Shown here: positions 1 to 9,886 of the stretch, piece after piece | Layout of the letters: every line of letters begins with the position of its first letter | How positions within the stretch are numbered: position 1 is the first letter of the stretch | Virus record (IMG/VR): IMGVR_UViG_3300033156_000392 | Coordinates: 9,254 to 73,253 of that record | Reading direction: 5' to 3' (one strand) | Source: a virus | Length of the DNA: 64,000 nt | Translations under genes and position numbers: made by a program | Notes under the pieces: generated by a model | What the model saw: only the letters and a program-made list of their open reading frames with translations | Told to the model about the DNA's origin: nothing | Databases searched by the model: none

Positions 1-28
1 GAGTGGGACTGAGTGGAGAGTCAAGTGG

Positions 29-487
29 GTGGCTAAGAGACCTTTCAAGAGGTATAGATACAGGACGAGAGGAGAAATGTCACTGGAAGTGGAGGGACTC
101 CTTCCCATAACAGACATCTCACACTTGGACAGGATGGTCAGAGCTTCATCAATAGTTTCGTATGGGACAGGAGGTGTAGACATAGGAGCTGTTTTACGAT
201 TCAGATACTTCGACCCAGAAACTGTTCCTGGGTTCGTGAGTAAGGAGGGTGCAATTGTGACTTTCTCCACGCTCTCAAACTATCCGACTGTTCCAGATGA
301 CGAGGAGAACTCCTATCTGAGAGGAATACTGGGTGTAGACGCTAGGTTCTGGTTCGTATGCTCCAAGAGAACCACTCTGGAGCCTCTCAACAGGTGGGTG
401 AGTATAGACGGAACGAATACTCGTCTTGGGAAGTACACTTTGAGAGGAGAGATGATATACTATGGTCAAGACGGACAGCTTATTTAA
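29..487 (+). CDS. Hypothetical protein, probable tail component
   Basis: ORF co-oriented with the tail cluster; product inferred from context only. Confidence 0.5.
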   Translation: MAKRPFKRYRYRTRGEMSLEVEGLLPITDISHLDRMVRASSIVSYGTGGVDIGAVLRFRYFDPETVPGFVSKEGAIVTFSTLSNYPTVPDDEENSYLRGILGVDARFWFVCSKRTTLEPLNRWVSIDGTNTRLGKYTLRGEMIYYGQDGQLI

Positions 488-499
488 GGAGGTGAGAAA

Positions 500-787
500 G
501 TGATAGGAGACTCCAAGTCCGGTGTGGCAACTCTTACTCCCTCCGAGACGTATGACATCAAGCCTTCGGGAGTGAGAGAAGAGTGGATAGTGACCAATCT
601 GTACACCACTGGTGCATCGACGTTCGAGGTGACCGATGGGACCGACTCCGTTCCCTTCTGGGAGCCTACAGGCAGTGACAGGCTGAAGGGAGAGAGCTTT
701 CACCTGTCTAGCAGCTACTGGATCAAGGTCACCAACACCGGGTCGACGGAGATCAAGATAGCCTGGGACGGAGTGCAGAGCAGGTAG
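500..787 (+). CDS. Small beta-rich virion protein, paralogue of 55921..56211
   Basis: GGAGGTGA RBS; shares DIKP..EEWIV.N.Y, TDGT, FH and DG(V/I).S(R/K) with 55921..56211. Confidence 0.7.
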   Translation: MIGDSKSGVATLTPSETYDIKPSGVREEWIVTNLYTTGASTFEVTDGTDSVPFWEPTGSDRLKGESFHLSSSYWIKVTNTGSTEIKIAWDGVQSR

Positions 788-799
788 GGGGAGAGAACT

Positions 800-1219
800 A
801 TGCCTGACATGCTCTCCGAGACCGGGAAGAGAGTTTGGACACTCTCTGAGACTGGAGAATGGCTCTTCACCTCCATACTGGAAACTGGAGAAACTGCCTT
901 TCCTCTTGGCACTCTCGTTTCTCTCTACATGGAAGCTCATCTCCATGGCTGGGAGACTAGATCCACTTCTCTCTCTCTCGAGGCTCATATGGACAAGTTC
1001 GAGGTCCTGACACTGGACATACCTCTTGAGACGTCTCTGGAGACTCTCCCACCTCAGCTCGTCCTTTCGCCTTTTGGAGAGCTCTTCTTCGGAGCAGTGT
1101 CTGAGAGAGGGAGAGAGATGATACACACACTTGCTGAGACTGGAGAGAGACTGAGAATACCAGTTCCGGTTCCCTCAGTCGGGATGCCAAGTCCCACAGT
1201 TCTGGTGGTGAGGAGGTGA
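800..1219 (+). CDS. ETG-repeat virion protein, short relative of 59366..60955
   Basis: Repeated (S/L/A)ETG motifs and LEAHMDKF resembling LEAHLDWF of 59366..60955. Confidence 0.6.
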   Translation: MPDMLSETGKRVWTLSETGEWLFTSILETGETAFPLGTLVSLYMEAHLHGWETRSTSLSLEAHMDKFEVLTLDIPLETSLETLPPQLVLSPFGELFFGAVSERGREMIHTLAETGERLRIPVPVPSVGMPSPTVLVVRR

Positions 1220-1223
1220 GAAA

Positions 1224-4046
1224 GTGCCAGTAACACCAGGATACTACATCCCGGAAGATTCCATAGTCTACGTTCTCTCGGAAAGAAAAATAGACGAAGT
1301 TCCGAGGTTCGAGATAAGAGTCTGGGATCCCATCAAGAAGGGAGGGTCGATGGGAGAGATAGAGGCTGACATAGAGATCGGGGAGCCAGTGGAGATTAGA
1401 CTGGCTTCTCCAGAGGAGAGTCCGAGACCACTTGTGAAAGGACTGGTGTACTCCATAAAGAGAGAGGATGAGGAGATTATAGTTTCTGGCTATGGCTTCG
1501 AGAAGATGCTGACTAACTTGACAATTACTTTTGATGACGAGGAGAAGGAAGCGGAGCACTTCTGGAACAAGGACTACTCATATTTGTTGGAGTTTTTGAT
1601 AGAAGTCTGGGTGAACGGGAGAAACTTGAACGACTGGGTGGCCTATAAGAACGGAGAAGGAAGTGAGCCTCCTGCAGAGCATTACGTAATAGACACCACG
1701 GAGCTTGGAGCACAGCCTTTGGGAACAAAAGGATATTTCAAGATAAAGAAGGACGATAACCTGTGGGAAACCATTCTGTCACTGTGTAAGGAGCTGAAGG
1801 CTATTTTCTACTTAGACACCGTGATAGAATGGAACGAATCAGAGAACAAGTACGAGTTCAATCACACGGCCAGACTCAGATTCTACAGAGGTGGACCAAA
1901 CTTTGACGTAGAAGGTACAAGACTGGTTGAGGGAGACTGGGAGATTACGGACTTGGTTTTATCAAAGAGTCTTGAAAGGAGTCAGGATGATCCATATTCC
2001 ATCATCATAGTGAGTGGAGGGACTGACGGCTTCGCTGAGGAGTTCAATAAGGGTATTCTTGACTCTAGATGGTCATATCAAGAAGGGAGTGTCGAGTGGA
2101 GGAAGGATCCTACTTTCTCTTCTGAGGGAGAGTATGGTGTCCAAGGTACTTCTGAGGGACTCTCTCTCTTCCAGACGAAAGGAGTGTATGGCTACGGAAC
2201 CTATGAGTTTGAGGCTGTTCTCGATGCTGGAGCTCCTTCATGGGACTGGAAGACACCGCTAATAGTCATTTCTCCTCTCTTCAGTCTGTACATCCAAGGG
2301 AGAGGAATTCCTGGATCTTCTCCTCCAGCATACCAGTGGAGATTCACTTTCTCCCGCTCCGTCTACACCTCACTTGAAGAGCATACGTTCGGAGAGGAGT
2401 CAAGGACTCGGGAAGTGACGAGATATTCCTCGACTTCAAAGGTGAAAGTAGTTCTCCAGGTCAAGAGGAAAGAGGTCAGCTACCAGCTCTACATAGACGG
2501 CTCAAAAGACTTGGAGGATTCTTTCACTCTGCAGGAGGAGCCGGAGAGTCCGAGTGAAACGTTAAAGTTCTATTTGACGGACAAGTCCTTCCTCGATAGA
2601 GTCGTGGTTGCCAGTGACGAATCTATCATCTACACGATCATCGACTCCTATGCACTCGAAAGGTTCGGTCCCACCACCAAGAGAATATACATCCCCTCAG
2701 TGAGCACTCTGGAGGAAGCCAAGGAGCTGGCACAGTGGTATCAGGAGAGAGCCAGAGAGGGATTCTGGTCTGGGACTTTCGTCATTCCAGGCTCCCTCGA
2801 CGTCAAGCTTGGAGACACTGTCTATTATCAAGGAAGAGGATACTTCGTGACCGGGATCAAGCACACTCTCGATCCTTCTTTCGAGACCACTCTGGAGGTG
2901 GAGGAAGCACGTCCAGACTTGGTGAAAGAAATAAAAGACACCAATCAAGCTACTCTTGACAGACTATCCACCGATGAGTTCAAGAGAGACACTGTGATAG
3001 TTTCTCCAAAGATAGAGTCTGGAAGCTCTCTTCCGTCTACCGGAAGGCCGGGAGAGGTGTACTACAACGACTCTGACAGCAAGCTCTACGTCTACAAGAA
3101 GCAGGAAGATGGAAGCTATGCTTGGACGGAGATATTCGACACAGAGTCAACCTACTCAGTTCCTGGGACTTCTACAGTCGATCCGAACACCGTCCCTCTC
3201 TCAGTAGTCTCTTCTCCCACTAACATTTCCATCCAAGACTCAACCACCAACGTCAGTAACGTTTCTAATAACACTGGCTTGGGAGTAGGCAGTTCCAGTC
3301 TTCCTTCAGCCCAGACGGTGTCCTCTGCTACAGGTCTTACCTCGGTCTGGGTGCCTCAAAGTATTTACAAGAATCCCTCTCTCACTCTCTCTGGTTGGAA
3401 CGAGTACACGGGAGCGATTTCCTCTCTCTACTGTAACAAAGTTCTGGATTTCTTTGTCAGAGTTTCAGGAGTTGGCTCTGATACCAAAAAGAGATGGTTC
3501 CATATGGCTTTCCTTGGCACGTCTTTTACCGTTTCCAAGAAGCCTATCGTCCTGGGTATTCTGATACGCAGCACCGACTCCTCCGGAACCCTTGGGAGCA
3601 TAGCTCTCAGCGAGCAAAAGATGGTTTCTTCCTACGAAACTTCTCAGGAGCCAGATGGCACAGTCAGTCTGTCAGATTTCTCCTGGATAGTCCCCGTTAG
3701 TTGCAAGGACGGTGACTATTTCGTGGTAAGACTCCTTGCTAGAGACAAAGACGCCGTCGGAATGTCGTACACAGGAACTTCGGTAGTTTCTTTTTCAATA
3801 GCAAGTGGAGCACACGACCACAACATAGGTCCTATATCCGTCACTAATACCTCTCATGGACATGGTACGTCAGATCCTGGACACTCACACGGTGTCAACG
3901 ATCCTGGACATACTCACACCCCTTCTGATCCCGGACATTACCACTCTCTGGATCAGGAGGCTCACACTCACACGGTCTCAACTTCTGGTGGCGGTCTTGA
4001 AACAAAGAAGAGAAAGTATCTCAACATGGAGGTGTATTTGAAATGA
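1224..4046 (+). CDS. Large tail/baseplate hub-like protein with His-repeat fibre tip
   Basis: 940 aa; hub-like segment LDVKLGDTV...YFVTGIKHTL; C-terminal DPGHxH repeats typical of tail-fibre tips. Confidence 0.7.
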   Translation: MPVTPGYYIPEDSIVYVLSERKIDEVPRFEIRVWDPIKKGGSMGEIEADIEIGEPVEIRLASPEESPRPLVKGLVYSIKREDEEIIVSGYGFEKMLTNLTITFDDEEKEAEHFWNKDYSYLLEFLIEVWVNGRNLNDWVAYKNGEGSEPPAEHYVIDTTELGAQPLGTKGYFKIKKDDNLWETILSLCKELKAIFYLDTVIEWNESENKYEFNHTARLRFYRGGPNFDVEGTRLVEGDWEITDLVLSKSLERSQDDPYSIIIVSGGTDGFAEEFNKGILDSRWSYQEGSVEWRKDPTFSSEGEYGVQGTSEGLSLFQTKGVYGYGTYEFEAVLDAGAPSWDWKTPLIVISPLFSLYIQGRGIPGSSPPAYQWRFTFSRSVYTSLEEHTFGEESRTREVTRYSSTSKVKVVLQVKRKEVSYQLYIDGSKDLEDSFTLQEEPESPSETLKFYLTDKSFLDRVVVASDESIIYTIIDSYALERFGPTTKRIYIPSVSTLEEAKELAQWYQERAREGFWSGTFVIPGSLDVKLGDTVYYQGRGYFVTGIKHTLDPSFETTLEVEEARPDLVKEIKDTNQATLDRLSTDEFKRDTVIVSPKIESGSSLPSTGRPGEVYYNDSDSKLYVYKKQEDGSYAWTEIFDTESTYSVPGTSTVDPNTVPLSVVSSPTNISIQDSTTNVSNVSNNTGLGVGSSSLPSAQTVSSATGLTSVWVPQSIYKNPSLTLSGWNEYTGAISSLYCNKVLDFFVRVSGVGSDTKKRWFHMAFLGTSFTVSKKPIVLGILIRSTDSSGTLGSIALSEQKMVSSYETSQEPDGTVSLSDFSWIVPVSCKDGDYFVVRLLARDKDAVGMSYTGTSVVSFSIASGAHDHNIGPISVTNTSHGHGTSDPGHSHGVNDPGHTHTPSDPGHYHSLDQEAHTHTVSTSGGGLETKKRKYLNMEVYLK

Positions 4047-4279
4047 CGTGGAAGTGTCCAAACACGGGGAGTGAGTACGATCAGGAAACGCAGGACAAGA
4101 TAGACTCAGCTGGACCAGGAGCGACCGTCAGAGTCGACTGCTCCTTCTGTGGAGAGACACACTTCTTCACTCCTCCCCTTCCTTGGGAGATCGGAGACAG
4201 AGGGAAAGTGAAGGAAACGTACACTTTCAAGACAGTTCTCGTCATGGAGTCATTTCTTAAGGACAATGAGGACGCCTGA
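4043..4279 (+). CDS. Small Zn-ribbon-like protein
   Basis: ATGA overlap with upstream gene; CPNTG and CSFCGETH motifs. Confidence 0.55.
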   Translation: MTWKCPNTGSEYDQETQDKIDSAGPGATVRVDCSFCGETHFFTPPLPWEIGDRGKVKETYTFKTVLVMESFLKDNEDA

Positions 4280-4504
4280 GTGCTCTCTCCCACTTTCGTC
4301 ACTCTGCTTGATCGTCTCTATAGAGGAGAGAGTCACTCCGAAGAGTCTCTTAGCTCTCTCAGCCAGCTCATAGGCTTTCTCCATCCCGGTTCCGAAGGCT
4401 GTCACTCTCACCTCATCGTACTTCCCGAGCTTCACTGCTACAGCCGTCAAGTAGTTCCCTATGGGCTTCCTGGCTACTCTCACCAAGTTGTCATCACTCC
4501 TCAT
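4250..4504 (-). CDS. alba: Alba family DNA/RNA-binding protein
   Basis: VRVARKPIGNYLTAV...EVRVTAFG...KAYELAE...S.VLIVLKK follows the Alba pattern; start taken at ATG 4504. Confidence 0.8.
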   Translation of the reverse strand: MRSDDNLVRVARKPIGNYLTAVAVKLGKYDEVRVTAFGTGMEKAYELAERAKRLFGVTLSSIETIKQSDESGREHSGVLIVLKK

Positions 4505-5768
4505 TTTCCTCACCTTCCTCATCTTTGGAGAAGAACCTCATGCTTGGGTGTCCTCTGGCTAGCTTGTCTCTCTTCTCCCTCTCTTCCTCAGTGTTCGGTA
4601 TCTGAGGTAGTCCCTCTAGAGATCTTATCAGGTTCTCAGTCTCTATGTCTCTGGTCAGGAGACCAGCTCTGGTCAGAATACCAAGCCTTCTGGCCATCGA
4701 GAGTCTCGTGGTGGGAGAGTACTCTACAAAGCTTATCCTCGGTATGCTCTTGAGATTGTAGACAGGTGATATCTTCTCGAATATTTGCTCCTCTATCTGC
4801 TCCGCTAACTCGTTCTGTAGAGCTCTTATGGTTCTCTCGTAGTCAATGAGAGTGGTGTCTCTCCCTTTTTCCTCTGTTTCTATCCTTGGAAAACCAAGAC
4901 ACTCTCTTATGATGTTGGAGAAGTAGTGCAAGTACGTCTCCACTCTCTCTGGCTTTCCAAGCTCCATTGCTCTCATGTTTATCCAGTAAGGAAAGATGAA
5001 AGCACTCTTCGACGTCAGATTCTTCAAGTCTCCCTCCAGCTTGGTTACCAGTTCCTCTGATGGAGGGTGCTTGTCGTCTCCCACCGAGAGTATGATGGGT
5101 GGGAAGCCAATCCTCCAGACAGACTCTCCCACTCCCTCTTCCATGTTGAGCTTGAAGAGAATGGGCTTGTAGAGGATTTCGAGTGGAGATATGCCCATTC
5201 TTCCCTCCTCAAGGCTGTAGAGTGTGAAGAAAGCAACCTTTGAGACAGGGAGAGTTATTTTCTTCCCTCTCGAAGTAGTCTGGACGAACTCCGTCGGATA
5301 TCCGTACTCGTCCTGCTTTATACTCCCATTCGGCTCTCTTCCGTAGTCTATGGTCTTCGGATCCACTCTCAGTATCTTCAGGACCTCTGTGTTGGCTCTG
5401 TTGGGTATTATCTCGTATATGGCGAACCCGTATATCAAACAGTCTCTTATGACGGTTCTAAGGAACTTACCGAACCCTCTCTTCCTGTCTCTACAGAAGT
5501 TCTCCACTATTCTCCTGCTCTCTTCATCCTCAGAGGTTATTGTGTATCCTCCAGACACTACGTCTCTGGCGTACTTGTTGACAAGTCCGAAGACCAGTCC
5601 GTCCATCCTGTATATTTTTTCCAAAAGAGAGAGTCTCGCCTTTGGGGTTTCTCCTCTCTTCGAGAGAACTTCACCGCTACCTTCCACAGCAAGGCTTCTG
5701 ACGAGTCTCCTTACTTCTCCTTCAGTTTCAACCCTCTTGGTGGGGACTTCCTCTCTCCTGAATCCCAC
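4494..5768 (-). CDS. Portal protein
   Basis: 424 aa; RDCLIYGFAIYEI, RVDPKTI, GISPLE and E..IRSLEGLP motifs of HK97/SPP1-like portals. Confidence 0.85.
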   Translation of the reverse strand: MGFRREEVPTKRVETEGEVRRLVRSLAVEGSGEVLSKRGETPKARLSLLEKIYRMDGLVFGLVNKYARDVVSGGYTITSEDEESRRIVENFCRDRKRGFGKFLRTVIRDCLIYGFAIYEIIPNRANTEVLKILRVDPKTIDYGREPNGSIKQDEYGYPTEFVQTTSRGKKITLPVSKVAFFTLYSLEEGRMGISPLEILYKPILFKLNMEEGVGESVWRIGFPPIILSVGDDKHPPSEELVTKLEGDLKNLTSKSAFIFPYWINMRAMELGKPERVETYLHYFSNIIRECLGFPRIETEEKGRDTTLIDYERTIRALQNELAEQIEEQIFEKISPVYNLKSIPRISFVEYSPTTRLSMARRLGILTRAGLLTRDIETENLIRSLEGLPQIPNTEEEREKRDKLARGHPSMRFFSKDEEGEENEE

Positions 5769-5773
5769 TCACA

Positions 5774-5890
5774 TCACCCTGTCCTTGAGCAGAGAGGGCA
5801 CTCTTGGAGAGTTCCTACTATCTCCGTACCTTCTGAAACTTGAATTCTCCAAGTTGCTCCACAGCTTTGACACTTTATGTCTGTTTCCAT
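5774..5890 (-). CDS. 38-aa Zn-ribbon microprotein (not in ORF track)
   Basis: METDIKCQSCGATW...QECPLCSRTG; AGGTGA RBS upstream. Confidence 0.6.
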   Translation of the reverse strand: METDIKCQSCGATWRIQVSEGTEIVGTLQECPLCSRTG

Positions 5891-5926
5891 TCTTTCACCT
5901 CTTCACACTTCTCTCTACTTCTCGGT

Positions 5927-6109
5927 TTAAATACGTTTCTTGCATTTGTCACACATAACCGTTCTCTTTATACCTAACAGAGTGCTCTCCTTGTCCCTGG
6001 AGAGCCATAGAAGCTTCTGGTACTCTTGCCACTCGTGAAGTGTCATGGTGGCTTCTCTCACTTTCCCACATACTGGACAGGGCTTCAGTCTGACCTTCAC
6101 CTCAGTCAT
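5927..6109 (-). CDS. Small Zn-finger protein
   Basis: CPVC...CDKC; GAGGTG RBS. Confidence 0.6.
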   Translation of the reverse strand: MTEVKVRLKPCPVCGKVREATMTLHEWQEYQKLLWLSRDKESTLLGIKRTVMCDKCKKRI

Positions 6110-6111
6110 TT

Positions 6112-7047
6112 CTACACCTCCTTCGGTCTTCTATATCGGACTTGAGTGGTTCTCCCGAACCTGTCTAGAATCAGCCATCCGACCTGTGCTACATATCCCT
6201 TCCCAAGCAGATATGAGGACTCTTTCTGCAGGCATCCAGCCTCTATCAGCAGCTTGTTTCTCTCCGGAGTGAGAGCCAGGAGCTGATGTCTGTGTCCTGT
6301 GACAAGTATGTCTGGCTTGGGCTCGGGGAGCCTTCTGAATATGTTGAGAAGAGTGGAGCCTATCGAAACGGATACGCCTGCAGAGTGCATCATCATCAGC
6401 CTCCACCTTCCGTTTACTTTCAGGTTGGCCACTGAGCCGTAGTATCTGACGTTTCTAACCGAGTTTGCCACTGTCTTGAGAGGATCCAAGCCTACCTGAT
6501 ATCTACCTTTTATTTTCTCCTCATGCCCCCCTATTACCATGTGGACTCTACATCTTCTAGGAAGCATCTTCAGATGCTCTATCATCTCCTCTATCTGGTA
6601 CTCTATCTTTGGCTCTTTAAGGTCCATTAGCTCTATCCTGTACACACCAAGACCCTGAAGCAGATCTCCAGCAGCTAGTATGTCTCTGATTCTTTCTCTT
6701 CTCACGTCCCTGACGAGTTCTCTCCAAGCCATCTCCGAGAAGTATGTGCTTCCTATGTGCCAGTCAGACGTGATCAGAAAGGGAGTGGAAACCTTTCCTT
6801 GGATGTTGTAGGAGAAACCTGATCTGAGCATGGAGAGCTTTCGAACTCCACTGTCGACATGCTCTTGGATGTCATATCCAGCGTCTCTCAGATTCTTCAC
6901 TGTCGTTCTGATGCTCCTCTTGCTCACTCTCACTCCTATTTGATGGAAGAGTCTTCTCTGTATTTCTCTCTCAGCCATAGGTCCGGGATTGTCTTTTAGA
7001 ATTCTTATAATGAGACTCTCCAGAGACGGTAATTGAGACAGACGCAT
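6112..7047 (-). CDS. Calcineurin-like metallophosphoesterase with N-terminal HTH
   Basis: SDWH, GDLLQG, GGHE, H, GHRH motifs; N-terminal helix-turn-helix-like segment. Confidence 0.85.
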   Translation of the reverse strand: MRLSQLPSLESLIIRILKDNPGPMAEREIQRRLFHQIGVRVSKRSIRTTVKNLRDAGYDIQEHVDSGVRKLSMLRSGFSYNIQGKVSTPFLITSDWHIGSTYFSEMAWRELVRDVRRERIRDILAAGDLLQGLGVYRIELMDLKEPKIEYQIEEMIEHLKMLPRRCRVHMVIGGHEEKIKGRYQVGLDPLKTVANSVRNVRYYGSVANLKVNGRWRLMMMHSAGVSVSIGSTLLNIFRRLPEPKPDILVTGHRHQLLALTPERNKLLIEAGCLQKESSYLLGKGYVAQVGWLILDRFGRTTQVRYRRPKEV

Positions 7048-7052
7048 CTTAT

Positions 7053-7310
7053 CTATCCTCTCAGCTTCTTTCTAGCCCTTTTAATAGTCTCCGGTAGTCC
7101 ATATAAAACCCACCTAGATAGCTTCAGACTCTCTATTTTTCCTTCTTTCACGAGCTTTCTTGCAGTAAGAGAAACGTGTCCCTGACTTCTACCAAGACGT
7201 CTGGAGAGCTCCGAGCCAGTAAAAACCTCATTTTTGTGTTTCCTGATATACTTCAATATTTGCTTCTCCAGAGGATCTTTCCATAGTTTCTTTACTTCTT
7301 GGAGTTTCAT
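7053..7310 (-). CDS. Winged-helix DNA-binding protein
   Basis: ILKYI...TGSELSRRLGRSQGHVSLTARKLVKEGKI wHTH pattern. Confidence 0.75.
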   Translation of the reverse strand: MKLQEVKKLWKDPLEKQILKYIRKHKNEVFTGSELSRRLGRSQGHVSLTARKLVKEGKIESLKLSRWVLYGLPETIKRARKKLRG

Positions 7311-7333
7311 ACATTTTTCACTTCCTTTGGTTC

Positions 7334-7361
7334 CTTTTAAAGGTATCGGAAATTTATAAAA
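7334..7361 (-). promoter_or_regulatory. TTTATAAA box + N10 + TATA promoter for the 7310 operon
   Basis: Minus strand TTTTATAAAT-ttccgatacc-TTTAAAAG, ~24 nt before the ATG. Confidence 0.6.
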
Positions 7362-7393
7362 AGGAGAAAATCTAACGATATATTAGTGGGAGA

Positions 7394-7597
7394 ATGAGCA
7401 AAAAGTACACTCTGGAGAACGTCTTGAAGCAGCTCGAGAAGATATCTGAGAAGCAGGACAACGTTCTGGAGAGACTCACCAGACTCGAGGTAGGATTCAA
7501 TAATCACCTTGCCACACACGACAAAATATTCAAAGTCTTCCTAGCCTTCTTTTCCGTCGTCCTTGGTTTTGTTCTCAAGGTTCTTCTCTTCCCCTAG
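7394..7597 (+). CDS. Small coiled-coil protein with C-terminal TM helix (holin-like candidate)
   Basis: Heptad-rich N-terminus then hydrophobic IFKVFLAFFSVVLGFVLKVLLF. Confidence 0.55.
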   Translation: MSKKYTLENVLKQLEKISEKQDNVLERLTRLEVGFNNHLATHDKIFKVFLAFFSVVLGFVLKVLLFP

Positions 7598-9886
7598 ATA
7601 CATGAACAAAGACGTCTGACCGTCTCTTATGCTCTCAAAAGGCTTGTCTATCAGCTTCAGAAGCTCGTCAACTATGTTGGCGAACCTTTTCTTGTAGAAG
7701 TCCACGTCTACTCTCTTTTTCAGCTTCTTTCTGATCTTCTTCTCAAGTGCTTCGTTGAGAGCTATCCAGTTCACGTATCCGAACTCTCTACACGGTCTGA
7801 CTCTCACTATCACGGGCTTCGACCCTTTTCCGAACCTCGTCTTGAAGAGAGTGTTGGACGCCTCTATGGCTCTCAGGTGTGCTGGCTTCCTACTTGGTAT
7901 GTACTCCGATGGAGGCTTCTTCACCTGTACTGGTCTCCCTAGATCCATCAGAGAGGAGAAGGAGAGCTTCTTGAGCTTCTCGTACCTCTCTAGGACTAAA
8001 GAAACTATTTCTTTAGGCTCTTTCTTCTGCAGAATAGCTTGAGAGAGGAGCTCCTGAGTCCCTGCAAGAAACTCCTCAGAGTCCGATCTAACGAACTGTA
8101 TTCCTTTCTTCCAGACTCTTCCCTCAGAGTCTATTCCAGCGTATCTCTTCTTGGTGAGGAAGAAAATTCTCTTGAAGACCGTCTGAGCTTCAAGGAGCAG
8201 GCCAGGTGGGGAGTTCTTCTCCACTAGAGAGACGATTTCCTCATATTGTTTCTCTGGAGCGTATAAGAAAGCAGAGTCCGTGTCTGCATAGAGAACTCTC
8301 ACACCCTCACTCTCCACTTTCTCGATGAACTCCTTGATGTGCTTTCTTCCAGCAGCCGTTATAGATTCTGCTATCCAGGGCATTCTAGCTCTCAGATTGT
8401 GTCTTGTAGCTCCATAGAAGCTGTTCAAGACTCTTTTTACCGCCTCATGTTTCGTTTTGAGTCTCTGATACTCTTCTCCGGTGCTCTTTCTCATCTTTCT
8501 CTTGAGGCTCTCTTTTAGTCTCTTCACTTTCTCTACTGCTTGGGGGAGCAGACCTTTTGGCTTCGAGACGAAGGAGTAGTTCTCTATTCTGAGGTCTCCA
8601 TCATGGTCATACGTCTCCGGAGAGATGTTATAGAGGATGATGAGTGAGGGATAGAAGCCTGAGAAGTCCACCAGCACTACGTTCTCGAAGATTCCGACCT
8701 CTGGCTCTCTCACGTAAGCTCCCTCGTATCTGTCTTCTTCCTCTTCTTTCTTCGGCTTGTTCTCCAGGACTTTTCCTTTCTCCTTTGCCAGTCTCAGAAG
8801 AACTATGTCCACGAGAGTAGACTTGTGGAAGACGTCTTCCCACTGAGACCCAGTCACTCCTCTCACCTCGTCAAAGAAGTCGAATATTCCGAGTATTTCT
8901 TCAAGCTCTAAGAGTCCTTTCACGTCGTTCTCACACCTCTTTACTAGCTTCTCTGGGTTCTTTTTCCACGTTTCCTCGAACGTTCCTTCAATCTCTATTT
9001 TCTCCACCGGGACGGAGTGTCTCTTCAATATCTCTCCGAGAGCCTCGTTCCAAGAGCTCCTCAGCTCTCTCCCAACCCATTCTCGGTAGATTCTCGAGTA
9101 GTCTAGAACTGTTCTTCCCTTCACGGTCCATCTTCCTTCCTCGTCTCTCCTGACGAATCTCAGAGGAGAGAGAGCCCTGACGTAAGGGACTTTCAGCTTC
9201 CTGCATCTCTCGACCAAGTAGGGAAGGTCGAAGTTCTCTACGTTGAACCCTGTTATAATGTCTGGATCTATTCTGTCTATCTCCTGTATGAACTTTCTGA
9301 GCATTTGCTTCTCACTCTTGAAGTCCGTTAGCTTGAGCGTCCTCACTTTCCTCTCCCAGTTGTCCACGTAGGAAATCACGACTATCGGCCTCTTCTTTTC
9401 CTCCATGAGAGTGTCTATCCCTTCCTCTCCTGCAGGAACTTCTATGTCGAAATAGAGGACTTTAAAGAGAGATTTTCCGTTATTGACTGGTCTGAACCGT
9501 CTTTTCTCCAAATCAAGCTCTATAAACTTATGTATTCCGGAATCAATCATATATCTCCTAGTAAATGGAATATCAGACTCATATGTGGCTACTTTCCTCT
9601 GCAGAGAGTTGTTTCTGAGCCTCTTTATGTCTGTAGGATTACGTGTGAATATCTTTATGAGCTCGTCACTGGAGGTGAGAAGCTTCTCTCTGCATATCTC
9701 TGACGCCGTTATGTAGACTCTCGGCACTCTCCCCGAGATGTAGTCTCTCTTCTTCACGTAGCAGTAGGGTCTGAAGTCGTCTACTTTTATGACTACTCTC
9801 TCTTTCTCCTCTGACCATCCAAAAAGAAAAAGAAAAGGTCTCTCCTGACGTGTGACGTACTCCACTCTGTTCACACAGACTCTCAT
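7541..9886 (-). CDS. polB: Family B DNA polymerase
   Basis: Exo motifs FDIE, GFNVENFDLPYL; pol motifs DFSGFYPS, K...NSFYG, YADTDS, KKRY; C-terminal PIP-like QTSLFMY. Confidence 0.96.
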   Translation of the reverse strand: MRVCVNRVEYVTRQERPFLFLFGWSEEKERVVIKVDDFRPYCYVKKRDYISGRVPRVYITASEICREKLLTSSDELIKIFTRNPTDIKRLRNNSLQRKVATYESDIPFTRRYMIDSGIHKFIELDLEKRRFRPVNNGKSLFKVLYFDIEVPAGEEGIDTLMEEKKRPIVVISYVDNWERKVRTLKLTDFKSEKQMLRKFIQEIDRIDPDIITGFNVENFDLPYLVERCRKLKVPYVRALSPLRFVRRDEEGRWTVKGRTVLDYSRIYREWVGRELRSSWNEALGEILKRHSVPVEKIEIEGTFEETWKKNPEKLVKRCENDVKGLLELEEILGIFDFFDEVRGVTGSQWEDVFHKSTLVDIVLLRLAKEKGKVLENKPKKEEEEDRYEGAYVREPEVGIFENVVLVDFSGFYPSLIILYNISPETYDHDGDLRIENYSFVSKPKGLLPQAVEKVKRLKESLKRKMRKSTGEEYQRLKTKHEAVKRVLNSFYGATRHNLRARMPWIAESITAAGRKHIKEFIEKVESEGVRVLYADTDSAFLYAPEKQYEEIVSLVEKNSPPGLLLEAQTVFKRIFFLTKKRYAGIDSEGRVWKKGIQFVRSDSEEFLAGTQELLSQAILQKKEPKEIVSLVLERYEKLKKLSFSSLMDLGRPVQVKKPPSEYIPSRKPAHLRAIEASNTLFKTRFGKGSKPVIVRVRPCREFGYVNWIALNEALEKKIRKKLKKRVDVDFYKKRFANIVDELLKLIDKPFESIRDGQTSLFMYLGEEKNLENKTKDDGKEG

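Noticed and set aside
7541-9886. Intein in PolB (also checked RadA and TerL)
   Set aside because: Lengths are normal and conserved motifs are contiguous
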